A stretch of DNA of 61,745 nt. It comes from Minisyncoccia bacterium. Lineage in GTDB: Bacteria; Patescibacteriota; Minisyncoccia; Phycocordibacterales; UBA918. This document shows, piece by piece, positions 35,054 through 43,907 of the stretch. The stretch lies in contig JBGSPE010000006.1 of NCBI GenBank assembly GCA_041738755.1, positions 1-61,745 on the forward strand, written 5' to 3'. The translations under genes and the position numbers were made by a program. A model generated the notes under the pieces. The model saw only the letters and a list, made by a program, of their open reading frames with translations, was not told where the DNA came from and did no database searches. Positions within the stretch are counted from its first letter, which is position 1, and each line of letters starts with the position of its first letter.

Positions 35054-36133
35054 ATGACCGGCATGAAGTTTTTCTCGCGACATATTAATTCGCTCTTGTC
35101 TTTGGTGTCGACCGATATGGCAATTGACCTTGGAACAGCCAATACGTTGGTGTATGTAAAAGGTAAGGGAATTGTACTCAATGAACCGACGATTGTAGCT
35201 ATCAATAAAAAGACGGGACAACTGGTAGCTGTTGGAAATGAGGCCAAGACCATGTTGGGACGTACCCCAGCCCACATTGATGTGATTAGGCCGCTGGTTG
35301 ACGGAGTAATTTCTGACTTTGAAGTAGCTGAAGAAATGTTGGCGTATTTGATTGGAAAAGTCCGAAGTGATATGCGGTCACTGGTCGCACCACGAATGCT
35401 TATCGGGGTACCATCAGGGATTACCAACGTCGAGATGCGGGCTGCTCGTGACGCTGCCAAGAATGCCGGTGCCCGAGACGTGTTTTTGATTGAAGAACCA
35501 ATGGCAGCTGCGATTGGTGCCAAGCTTCCCATTGGGAAAGCAATTGGCAGTATGATTATTGATATTGGTGGAGGTACCACTGATATTGCAGTTATTTCTT
35601 TAAGTGGACTGGTAGTCTCAAAAAATCTTCGCATTGCTGGAGATCATCTCAACGCATCAATCTCTTCATATATTCGTGACCAGTTTAAGGTACATGTCGG
35701 AGAGAAAACTGCAGAAGATGCCAAGATTGCCCTGACTGCCATTGCATCAGATGGTGGCGATAAAGAGTTTGTCGTACGTGGTCGTGATGTGGTGACTGGT
35801 TTGCCGCGGGAGGTGGTGATTACTGACTCTGATGTGAGAGATGCCGTGGCTGGTCAGATTGATACCATTGTGGAAAATGTCCGAACGGTGCTTGAAACGA
35901 CGCCACCTGAAGTATTGGCTGATATTATGCAACGTGGTATTCACCTCTCGGGCGGTGGAGCCTTAATCCCTGGTCTTTCGACACTCCTTGAACATGCTCT
36001 TGAGGTGCCTGTCATAGTGGTACCTGACCCACTTCGAGCTGTTGTGCGTGGTGCCGGTATTGTTATTGAAGATATTGATGCCTACACCGATATTCTTTTA
36101 GATCATGAAATCTCCTTCTCGTCACAATTCTAA
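35054..36133 (+). CDS. mreB: Rod shape-determining protein MreB (paralog 2, in the mreBCD-mrdA cluster)
   Basis: Motifs AIDLGTANTLVYV, DIGGGTTDIAV and GIHLSGGGALIPG. Confidence 0.92.
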   Translation: MTGMKFFSRHINSLLSLVSTDMAIDLGTANTLVYVKGKGIVLNEPTIVAINKKTGQLVAVGNEAKTMLGRTPAHIDVIRPLVDGVISDFEVAEEMLAYLIGKVRSDMRSLVAPRMLIGVPSGITNVEMRAARDAAKNAGARDVFLIEEPMAAAIGAKLPIGKAIGSMIIDIGGGTTDIAVISLSGLVVSKNLRIAGDHLNASISSYIRDQFKVHVGEKTAEDAKIALTAIASDGGDKEFVVRGRDVVTGLPREVVITDSDVRDAVAGQIDTIVENVRTVLETTPPEVLADIMQRGIHLSGGGALIPGLSTLLEHALEVPVIVVPDPLRAVVRGAGIVIEDIDAYTDILLDHEISFSSQF

Positions 36134-37043
36134 ACGAAAACCAGTTTCCAAAATAGTACTCATCACTATCGGAGTAATTTTACTCGGACTTGCACTTCCG
36201 TGGTTATTTTCTTCGGTGAGTCGGATTATTTTGGCTCCAATACATGCCGTTCATGCCTGGTATCAAGGTTCAAGCGCAGCCTTTCCGATGTATTTTAAAG
36301 AACGACATGATTTGATAAGTCAGATTGAAACGCTGGAAAACGAATTAGCCTTAGCCGGTGTGACTGACCTTACCCAACAAAGGCTCTATGACGAAAATAT
36401 TTGGCTCAGAGAACTGCTCGGAGCTCCGTCAGAGACACGGATTGCTGCAGCGGTATTAGCCAGGCCGGCAGACTTACCGTATGACTTGTTACAAATCGAC
36501 CGGGGAAGTGAAGACGGCATTGTGCTTGGCGCTCCGGTATATATTGGACTTGATACCGTTGTTGGAATTGTGACCGATGTTGCTCCTCGGTATGCGTTTG
36601 TACAGCTCTTCTCGAGCCCTGGTTTCAATGCTACGGCCTTTATCAGTGGAACGAACGTCGTTGCGCCACTTGAAGGGCGAGGCGGCGGAGTCGCCCGTGT
36701 GCGAGTGCCACAGGGTATTCCACTTGAAATTGGTAGCATGGTGCATTTACCAAGTATTAATCCCGGAGTGTTTGGTCAGATTTCATATATTGAAAACCTT
36801 CCTTCACAACCTGAGCAGTATGGGTACGTTGCGTTACCAAAGTCAGTCCATTCAATTCATTACGTCGCGGTTGCGTCAGAAACAATTTCGGTAGCTGATC
36901 CAGGGGCTGTCGATGCAAATATCCTTGAGTTAATACGACAACAATTTGTCGTTGAAAATCTCTCATTTACTCCAGCTAGTACCACTGAAGCACTCGCTAG
37001 CAGTACAGCTACCAGTACAGCCGCAACTACTACTACACCATGA
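36105..37043 (+). CDS. mreC: Rod shape-determining protein MreC
   Basis: Positioned after mreB. N-terminal TM plus coiled coil, and a beta-rich domain (YDLLQIDRGSEDGIVLGAPV). Confidence 0.72.
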   Translation: MKSPSRHNSKRKPVSKIVLITIGVILLGLALPWLFSSVSRIILAPIHAVHAWYQGSSAAFPMYFKERHDLISQIETLENELALAGVTDLTQQRLYDENIWLRELLGAPSETRIAAAVLARPADLPYDLLQIDRGSEDGIVLGAPVYIGLDTVVGIVTDVAPRYAFVQLFSSPGFNATAFISGTNVVAPLEGRGGGVARVRVPQGIPLEIGSMVHLPSINPGVFGQISYIENLPSQPEQYGYVALPKSVHSIHYVAVASETISVADPGAVDANILELIRQQFVVENLSFTPASTTEALASSTATSTAATTTTP

Positions 37044-37291
37044 AATTATTTCTCTCAATCGGACTCTTTTTAGCGATTGGTTTCTTGTTACTTCAAAACC
37101 ACCTTCTGTTGGCTGCAGTCGCTGTCGTCTTATTTACCATGCGTACGAGCGCTGCCTGGCTTATTCCACTCGCTATCTTGCTTGATGGTTATTTTGGAGC
37201 GTTTTCAGCGGTACCAGTTCTCAGTTTAGTATTTTTGTTGTGGTATATCGCGAGTGAGTTTATCAAACCAAGATTACTGGTACAATCATAG
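37040..37291 (+). CDS. mreD: Small polytopic membrane protein in the mreD position
   Basis: ATGA overlap with mreC. Three hydrophobic segments. Shorter than canonical MreD. Confidence 0.4.
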   Translation: MKLFLSIGLFLAIGFLLLQNHLLLAAVAVVLFTMRTSAAWLIPLAILLDGYFGAFSAVPVLSLVFLLWYIASEFIKPRLLVQS

Positions 37292-37295
37292 AATA

Positions 37296-39002
37296 ATGAG
37301 TAGCCTTAAAGACAGATATACAAAACATGTAGAGGTGGAAGAAGTATTGCTTGATGCTTCAAATATTCCGGCCTTTAACCATGGGCGTCTCGAAGGGAAG
37401 CGAGAACAGCCAATTGCGAGGAGAAATGTTCGTACGATAGGTATAATTTTTTCACTCGTTGTGACGGTATTTACGTACCAAGTGTTTTCATTACAGGTAG
37501 TAAAGGGTGAAGAGTATCGTAATATTGCTGAAAATAATCGAGTTAATAAAGTGGCAATTATTGCAGAGCGTGGGGTTGTCTATGACAGACGGGGTGAAAT
37601 GATTGCCTGGAATGAAGTAGATGAAACGGGAGAGTATGATTTCCCAATTCGAGCGTATACAGACCGACTCGGCCTTGGGCAAGTACTGGGATACGTCAGC
37701 TACCCCAAAAAGGATTCTAGTGGCTTTTTCTTTCGGACAGAGTATCTCGGTCGTAGTGGAGTCGAACTGGCCTTTGATGAAGTATTGAAAGGGAAGAATG
37801 GTAATAAAATCGTTGAGGTCGATGCGTTGAGCCATGTCGTGAGTGAGTTTGAAATTGAACCAGCTCAAAATGGTGAAGCGATGCATCTTTCTATTGATGC
37901 AGAACTCTCACAGGCGATGTACGACATTATCGCCACCTCAAGTGAGAAGGCAGGTTTTCGCAGTGGAGCGGGAGCGATTATGGATGTAGAAACCGGTGAG
38001 CTATTAGCACTCACGAGTTTTCCGTCGTACGACCCAGAAGTGATGGCTGATGGAGATAATATTGATTTAATAAATCAATACAACAATGATGACCGTCTGC
38101 CATTTTTAAATAAAATTGTTGGTGGAGCCTATACCCCTGGTTCAATTGTGAAGCCGTTTGTAGCGTATGCTGCTTTGGAAGAGGGAATCATTAGTCCGCA
38201 AAAGCAAATTGTCAGTAACGGATTTTTATCATTACCAAATCCGTACAATCCGAGTAATCCAACTCGCTTTAATGACTGGCGAGTCCACGGCACGATGGGT
38301 ATGGAAGAGGCGATTGCGTTTTCTTCTAACGTCTACTTTTACATTATCGGCGGTGGCTTTGGTGACCAACCGGGTATTGGAATTACGAAAATGGCCGAGA
38401 CCTACAGGCGTTTTGGCATGGGGGAACTGACTGGTATCAACCTCGCTCAAGAGCAGGCTGGAGTAGTCCCTGATCCAGCGTGGAAGCAAGAAGTATTTCA
38501 AGATGATTGGCGCCTTGGAGATACCTACTATACAGCGATTGGACAGTTCGGTTTTTTGACGACTCCAATTCAAATGCTTCGTGCGTACGCAGCTTTAGCT
38601 AACGGCGGTACGCTGATTACACCACACGTTGCTAAAGGTAAAACGGGTGAAAAAACCGAGCTAAATCTGAACCAAGAGTATCTTGACATTGTGCACCGAG
38701 GAATGCGTAAGACAGTAAATTACAGTGGCGGAACGGCTCGTTCACTAGAACAAGCCTCGGTGGCAATTGCAGCCAAATCAGGGACGGCCGAAGTAGGGGC
38801 AGGTAACGCGAGTGTAAACTCCTGGGCAGCTGGATTTTGGCCCTATGAAGAGCCGAAATACGCCTTCATTTTGATGATGGATAAAGCGCCACGAAGCAAT
38901 GCGCTCGGGTCTACCCGCATCATGGGTGATGTGGTGGAATGGATGAAAATCAATCGACCAGAATACTTAGGAATTGAGCCGGAAGTGGGAGAGAGTGAAT
39001 AA
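37296..39002 (+). CDS. mrdA: Penicillin-binding protein 2 (elongation transpeptidase)
   Basis: SxxK (GSIVKP), SxN (SSN) and KSGT (AKSGTAE). Confidence 0.9.
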   Translation: MSSLKDRYTKHVEVEEVLLDASNIPAFNHGRLEGKREQPIARRNVRTIGIIFSLVVTVFTYQVFSLQVVKGEEYRNIAENNRVNKVAIIAERGVVYDRRGEMIAWNEVDETGEYDFPIRAYTDRLGLGQVLGYVSYPKKDSSGFFFRTEYLGRSGVELAFDEVLKGKNGNKIVEVDALSHVVSEFEIEPAQNGEAMHLSIDAELSQAMYDIIATSSEKAGFRSGAGAIMDVETGELLALTSFPSYDPEVMADGDNIDLINQYNNDDRLPFLNKIVGGAYTPGSIVKPFVAYAALEEGIISPQKQIVSNGFLSLPNPYNPSNPTRFNDWRVHGTMGMEEAIAFSSNVYFYIIGGGFGDQPGIGITKMAETYRRFGMGELTGINLAQEQAGVVPDPAWKQEVFQDDWRLGDTYYTAIGQFGFLTTPIQMLRAYAALANGGTLITPHVAKGKTGEKTELNLNQEYLDIVHRGMRKTVNYSGGTARSLEQASVAIAAKSGTAEVGAGNASVNSWAAGFWPYEEPKYAFILMMDKAPRSNALGSTRIMGDVVEWMKINRPEYLGIEPEVGESE

Positions 39003-39055
39003 AAAAATATTTGACCCCACCCCGTAACTGCGTATAATTAGGAAAATTTTAAATT

Positions 39056-39526
39056 ATGAATGAAACACAAGCCTTCCTAACCCCAGAGAAATTTGAAGAG
39101 TTAAAGAAAGAACTAGAACACCTCAAGACCGTTCGTCGAAAAGAAGTCGCTGAGTCACTCGAGTACGCTCGAAGTCTTGGAGACCTTTCAGAAAATGCTG
39201 AATACCAAGAAGCCCGTGACATGCAGGCTGCTATCGAAGAGCGAATCGGTTACTTAGAAAAAACTATCAAAGAAGCAAAGATTGTCGCTCACGAAAAGCA
39301 TGGTGATATCGTTGGTCTCGGTTCAATGGTAACGATTCAAAAAGAAAAAGATAAAGAGAAGCGAGAATACATTATTGTGGGATCTGATGAGGCAAATATT
39401 CATGAGCGAAAGCTTTCATACCTCTCACCACTTGGAGAAGCGTTGATGGGGAAGAATAAGGGAGATGAGTTTGAGTTTGAGACACCAGTAGGAAAACAAA
39501 AATACAAAGTTCTCAAAGTCGAGTAA
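39056..39526 (+). CDS. greA: Transcription elongation factor GreA
   Basis: N-terminal coiled coil with GDLSENAEYQEA, and a C-terminal FKBP-like domain. Confidence 0.93.
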   Translation: MNETQAFLTPEKFEELKKELEHLKTVRRKEVAESLEYARSLGDLSENAEYQEARDMQAAIEERIGYLEKTIKEAKIVAHEKHGDIVGLGSMVTIQKEKDKEKREYIIVGSDEANIHERKLSYLSPLGEALMGKNKGDEFEFETPVGKQKYKVLKVE

Positions 39527-39708
39527 AGTATCCATCTGCTTTGTTACACTGCGAAAAAAGACCCTCGCTGGACACGCTCGTCCCACTTGGGTCTTTTTTC
39601 TTGTGTGCCGCGCATCTGGACCCTTTCTTCAACTTTGAACGTACTAAAAACGTAACGTAACGCTATTGGTCTTTTCTTTTTGTTGTTCCTGGGCTAGGAT
39701 AAGTCATT

Positions 39709-41292
39709 ATGTTTTGGGCAGATACTATTGCAGATGAGGTAGAGCGACGCTACGCGTCGCTCCTGGCTTTGAGTGAACCACTGGTGGTCCGTGACGAAAA
39801 GACTGCTTCAGGGAAGGTTCATGTTGGATCTCTTCGGAGTGCCTCAATGCACGCCATTGTGGCAGATGTTTTAAAGAGTCGCGGACACAACGTAAAGTTC
39901 CTTTTTGAAATCAATGACTTTGACCCGATGGATGGTATTCCGAGCTATTTAGACGCAAGCGAGTATGAACAATACATGGGAGTACCGCTGTGCAATATCC
40001 CTTCACCAGTCCCGGGCTTTGCCAACTTTGCCGAGTACTATGGGCAAGAGTATGTAGCGGTTTTAAATAAAATTGGCTTTGGAGCTGAAGTGTACCGAGC
40101 CAGTGAACTCTATCGCAGTGGTGCAATGAATGACATGATTAAAAAAGCCCTCGAGCGACGAGCCTTGGTTCGTGAAATTTATTTCCATATCTCAAAGAGT
40201 GAGAAGCCAGAGGATTGGTATCCGTTTAATGTTATCTGTGAGCACTGCGGCAACCTCAGTGCTACGAAGATTACTGACTTTGATGGTGAGACCGTAGCGT
40301 ACACGTGTAGCTCAGATACTATCGCCTGGGCGAAGGGCTGTGGTCATACAGGCCGGGTGTCCCCGTACAATGGTAACGGGAAGTTCCCGTGGAAGCTCGA
40401 CTGGGCTGCTAAGTTTGTTGCTCAAAAGGTCAACTTTGAAGGGGGAGGTAAAGATCATTATACCAAGGGCGGTTCACGCCAAGTTGCTGAAGCAATTGCG
40501 CGAGAAATCTTTGATCATGAACCACCGTATGGTGTCTTTAATGAATTCTTCTTAGTTGGCGGCAAAAAGATGTCGTCTTCAAAAGGTAACGCTGCTTCAG
40601 CCGAAGAAATGACGGAAATTCTTCCACCACATATCCTCCGTCTGTTACTTCTAAAAACTCCCATCAATCGTCAACTCGACTTTGACCCAGAAGGGGATGC
40701 AATTCCAGTTCTGTTTGATACCTACGATAAACTGGCTGAAAAGTATTGGAGTGGAGTACGAGATGATGATTCGCAAGTCTTTACCTTTAGTCACTTACGA
40801 GATGAGCGGGCTGAATTTCCGGTTCGCTACCTACCACGCTTCTCACAAGTGGCATTTCTAGTGCAGATGCCTCATATGGATATCTATGATGAAGTAGCTG
40901 TTATGAAAGGTGAAGAGTTAACTGACGTTGATATCGCCGAGCTTGATGAACGAGTCGTGTATGCCAAGCGTTGGCTCAAGCACTATGCTGACGATAAGTT
41001 TATCTTTACCCTACAATCAACCATTCCAGAATTAGTAGGTTCACTTTCAGAGGCGCAACAAACAGCCCTTGCTTTATTGTCAGATAAAATTGAGTTACTT
41101 GAAACTATTGATGGACAAGTTTTACACGAACTCATTCATGATGTGAAGGAAACCTCCGGACTTACTCCGCAGGAATTCTTCAGTGCTATTTACACCGTCT
41201 TTCTCGGTAAAACCAGCGGTCCAAAGGTAGGATGGTTTTTAAGTACGCTTGATAAAGATTTCTTATTGAAGAGATTTAGAAGTGAGGAGTAA
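39709..41292 (+). CDS. lysS: Lysyl-tRNA synthetase, class I
   Basis: Class I layout. HVGSLRS (HIGH-like), KMSSSKG (KMSKS-like). 527 aa. Confidence 0.88.
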   Translation: MFWADTIADEVERRYASLLALSEPLVVRDEKTASGKVHVGSLRSASMHAIVADVLKSRGHNVKFLFEINDFDPMDGIPSYLDASEYEQYMGVPLCNIPSPVPGFANFAEYYGQEYVAVLNKIGFGAEVYRASELYRSGAMNDMIKKALERRALVREIYFHISKSEKPEDWYPFNVICEHCGNLSATKITDFDGETVAYTCSSDTIAWAKGCGHTGRVSPYNGNGKFPWKLDWAAKFVAQKVNFEGGGKDHYTKGGSRQVAEAIAREIFDHEPPYGVFNEFFLVGGKKMSSSKGNAASAEEMTEILPPHILRLLLLKTPINRQLDFDPEGDAIPVLFDTYDKLAEKYWSGVRDDDSQVFTFSHLRDERAEFPVRYLPRFSQVAFLVQMPHMDIYDEVAVMKGEELTDVDIAELDERVVYAKRWLKHYADDKFIFTLQSTIPELVGSLSEAQQTALALLSDKIELLETIDGQVLHELIHDVKETSGLTPQEFFSAIYTVFLGKTSGPKVGWFLSTLDKDFLLKRFRSEE

Positions 41293-41345
41293 AAGTAATG
41301 ATTTTAAACTTCTAAAATTTGTATTAAATTGGTTAATATCTCAGA

Positions 41346-41855
41346 TTAACCCGTTATTTCCGAAGCAAGGACTACGCCTCCTTGTTCTTCTAAAAACCCC
41401 CTTGGCATGATTGTCTGATTAGACATAATGTTACATGGCATTTTTACAATGTCACAAAATTTTTGCACCTCGCCCTTTTTAAGATAAAGTTCAAAGTCTT
41501 CAAAAGGTGTCTCAAATAACTCAGATAGATATTTCTTATCTTCATCTGTTACTTTGGAGGGGTTATTCGTACAGTCAAATGTTTTTTTCTTACCAAGAAG
41601 AAAGCAAATGATTTCCCAGCTTTGATAATCTTCGTCTATCCAAATCTCAACTACTTTTGTGAACTGGTGTGATAATTTCTCTTTTTCTTCTAATCGTTTG
41701 TCGTAGTCATTAGCAATTTCAACGGCAACCCATTTTAGGTCGGTGCGATCTGGATTGTCGTCAATCACTGCTAGTATATTTTCAAGTTGCAGTTTATTTT
41801 TCAGTGCCTTATAGGTCATTCCGCTAAAGGCATAATAGTTTGTGTATTCTGACAT
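41346..41855 (-). CDS. Hypothetical protein (AT-rich singleton insert)
   Basis: 169-aa ORF on the opposite strand to its neighbours. No motifs recognised. Confidence 0.5.
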   Translation of the reverse strand: MSEYTNYYAFSGMTYKALKNKLQLENILAVIDDNPDRTDLKWVAVEIANDYDKRLEEKEKLSHQFTKVVEIWIDEDYQSWEIICFLLGKKKTFDCTNNPSKVTDEDKKYLSELFETPFEDFELYLKKGEVQKFCDIVKMPCNIMSNQTIMPRGFLEEQGGVVLASEITG

Positions 41856-42098
41856 ATTTATAATTGTAATAGTTTCTAAATCTACCTATTTCCACCTTAT
41901 TGTTTCCATTGGCAGTATTGTTCACCTAGACCTTGCTTGGGTGAAGTTTCCGCGGTCAGCGATTCTGCATACTTTAGCATAGCGGGCTTTTTCATTACAA
42001 GAAAAAGTTGGACGCTTGTCGAGCGGAGCACTGCAGCAACTTCTGGCACCGAACTCCGAATCTTCCTTCGTTCACTACTAAGTTAAGTGTGTATAACT

Positions 42099-42159
42099 GT
42101 GGTTGCTGGTGGGGTAAAGTGGTATAGAATGTACGAGTGGTGGGAGATAGTGGTATACT
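42099..42159 (+). promoter_or_regulatory. Candidate MraZ operator (GTGGK direct repeats) overlapping -10-like elements
   Basis: GTGGT/GTGGG at 42099, 42109, 42119 (10-bp phasing), 42137 and 42150. TAGAAT at 42125-42130 and TATACT at 42154-42159. Confidence 0.5.
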
Positions 42160-42253
42160 ATGAAAATAGTATGTCGGGCTGGTTTCCGAACCTTTCGCAA
42201 CCATCTCCACATTAAGTTGTGGAAGGTTCGGAGGCCAGCACGGCTATCAAGTT

Positions 42254-42688
42254 ATGTTAATTGGCGAATACAAGCACACGTTGGATCCTAAGAAACGGCT
42301 GTCCTTGCCGTCTAAATGGCGGAAGGAACTTGGGACGTCGCTTGTCGTCACACGAGGGCTTGATAACTGTCTCTTTGTATATCCGCTCACGGAGTGGGAG
42401 AAAATCACCAAGAAAATTGGTGAACTCCCACTCGGGCAGGCGGATACAAGAAGCTTCAATCGATTCTTCTTGTCAGGAGCCACAGAAGTGGAGGTGGATT
42501 CAGTTGGACGTATTCTCGTGCCAGACTTCTTGAAAGATTTCGCGGTACTTACGAGCAAAGTTGTGCTCGCCGGTATCCATAATCGTATCGAGATTTGGGA
42601 TGAGGAGAAATGGGAGACCTACAAGCGTACCATCGAAAAACAAGCTGATGCACTCGCAGAAAAGCTTGGTGAGATTGGCGTCCTCTAA
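42254..42688 (+). CDS. mraZ: Transcriptional regulator MraZ
   Basis: Two SpoVT/AbrB-like repeats, DPKKRLSLPSKWR and DSVGRILVPDFL. Confidence 0.93.
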   Translation: MLIGEYKHTLDPKKRLSLPSKWRKELGTSLVVTRGLDNCLFVYPLTEWEKITKKIGELPLGQADTRSFNRFFLSGATEVEVDSVGRILVPDFLKDFAVLTSKVVLAGIHNRIEIWDEEKWETYKRTIEKQADALAEKLGEIGVL

Positions 42689-42703
42689 CACCATCTATAA
42701 CGT

Positions 42704-43588
42704 ATGCAACATAAAACAGTACTGCTCAAAGAAGCAGTTGATGCACTCGAGTTAAGAACCGATAGCGTCGTGTTTGATGGAACCTTCGGCAGTGGGGGAC
42801 ACGCAAGGGAAATAAGTAGTCGCCTAGGAGCGACCGGTCGTTATATCGGAGTTGATGCAGATGCAACAGCTTTTGAAACGACAAATCTTAAAGATGTTAA
42901 ACCACAGATTCATTTGGTCAATGACAACTTTAAGAACATTACAGAGATTTTACGTTCTTTACATATTACTGAAGTTGATGCCATCCTGGCAGACCTGGGG
43001 TGGCGGATTGAGCAGTTCACCGGCAGTGGAAAAGGATTTTCGTTTCAATACGACGAACCCCTCCTCATGACCTATGGCAATCCTAAAGACTATGTCTTTA
43101 CGGCTGCCGACATTGTGAACGAGTGGGAAGAGGTATCTATAGCAGATGTAATCTTCGGCTACGGTGAAGAGCGATACGCGAGGCGAATTGCTAAGGCTAT
43201 TGTAGCCAAAAGAGCCCTGGCTCCCATCACAACCACGTTTGCTTTACGAGATTGTGTAGCCAGTGCCGTCCCACAGTTCAAAGGTCGACGGACCATCAAT
43301 CCAGCTACCAAGACCTTCCAAGCGCTTCGAATCGCAGTTAATGATGAGCTTGGTATTTTGTCAGGTTTCCTCACAGCGGCTTTTGAAGCCCTAAAGCCTG
43401 GTGGAAATATGGCAATTATTACGTTCCATAGCTTGGAAGATCGAATTGTAAAGCATCACTTCAGAAATTTAGAAGACGCAGATCTCGGGGAGCGAATGAC
43501 TAAGCGTCCAGTCGTTCCGTCTCCCGAAGAGTTAGTAGAAAACCCACGAGCTCGCAGTGCCAAATTAAGAGTTATCAAAAAACACTAA
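42704..43588 (+). CDS. rsmH: 16S rRNA (cytosine1402-N4)-methyltransferase RsmH
   Basis: Motifs DGTFGSGGH, DLGWRIEQF and HSLEDRIVK. Confidence 0.93.
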   Translation: MQHKTVLLKEAVDALELRTDSVVFDGTFGSGGHAREISSRLGATGRYIGVDADATAFETTNLKDVKPQIHLVNDNFKNITEILRSLHITEVDAILADLGWRIEQFTGSGKGFSFQYDEPLLMTYGNPKDYVFTAADIVNEWEEVSIADVIFGYGEERYARRIAKAIVAKRALAPITTTFALRDCVASAVPQFKGRRTINPATKTFQALRIAVNDELGILSGFLTAAFEALKPGGNMAIITFHSLEDRIVKHHFRNLEDADLGERMTKRPVVPSPEELVENPRARSAKLRVIKKH

Positions 43589-43598
43589 TACAAGTCGC

Positions 43599-43904
43599 AT
43601 GAAAAAAATGAACGATACCCCACACAACATTACACCAATGCTGATTGGTGTAGGATTCCTTATAGTTGGTGTGGTAGCGTACTTGTATTTCTTAAACCTT
43701 TCTGTTGTCCATGTGGTAATGCGGAAAGAGGCAACTCAGCAACAAAATCAATTGAGGGCCGAAATTGCGATGCTTGAAACAAGCTACATTGAAGCGCAGC
43801 ACGCTATAGCTGCTCGAATAGCAACCCTTGAAGGGTATAATACTGAAACCGACAAGGTTTTCGTCACTCGTGGTGAGACCAGTCTCGTACTCAATACCAA
43901 CTAG
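43599..43904 (+). CDS. FtsL-like cell division protein (single TM plus coiled coil)
   Basis: Positioned between rsmH and ftsI. The topology fits FtsL. Confidence 0.5.
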   Translation: MKKMNDTPHNITPMLIGVGFLIVGVVAYLYFLNLSVVHVVMRKEATQQQNQLRAEIAMLETSYIEAQHAIAARIATLEGYNTETDKVFVTRGETSLVLNTN

Positions 43905-43907
43905 TCT

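Noticed and set aside
34798-35634. 278-aa minus-strand ORF spanning the proS 3' end and the mreB 5' region
   Set aside because: It is antisense to two strongly supported plus-strand genes. Its composition is low-complexity, Ile/Ser/Ala/Pro-rich, and it has no motifs. It is a shadow ORF.
41995-42210. 71-aa minus-strand ORF in the mraZ leader
   Set aside because: It overlaps the GTGGK repeat array and promoter-like elements, with no SD. It is likely non-coding.
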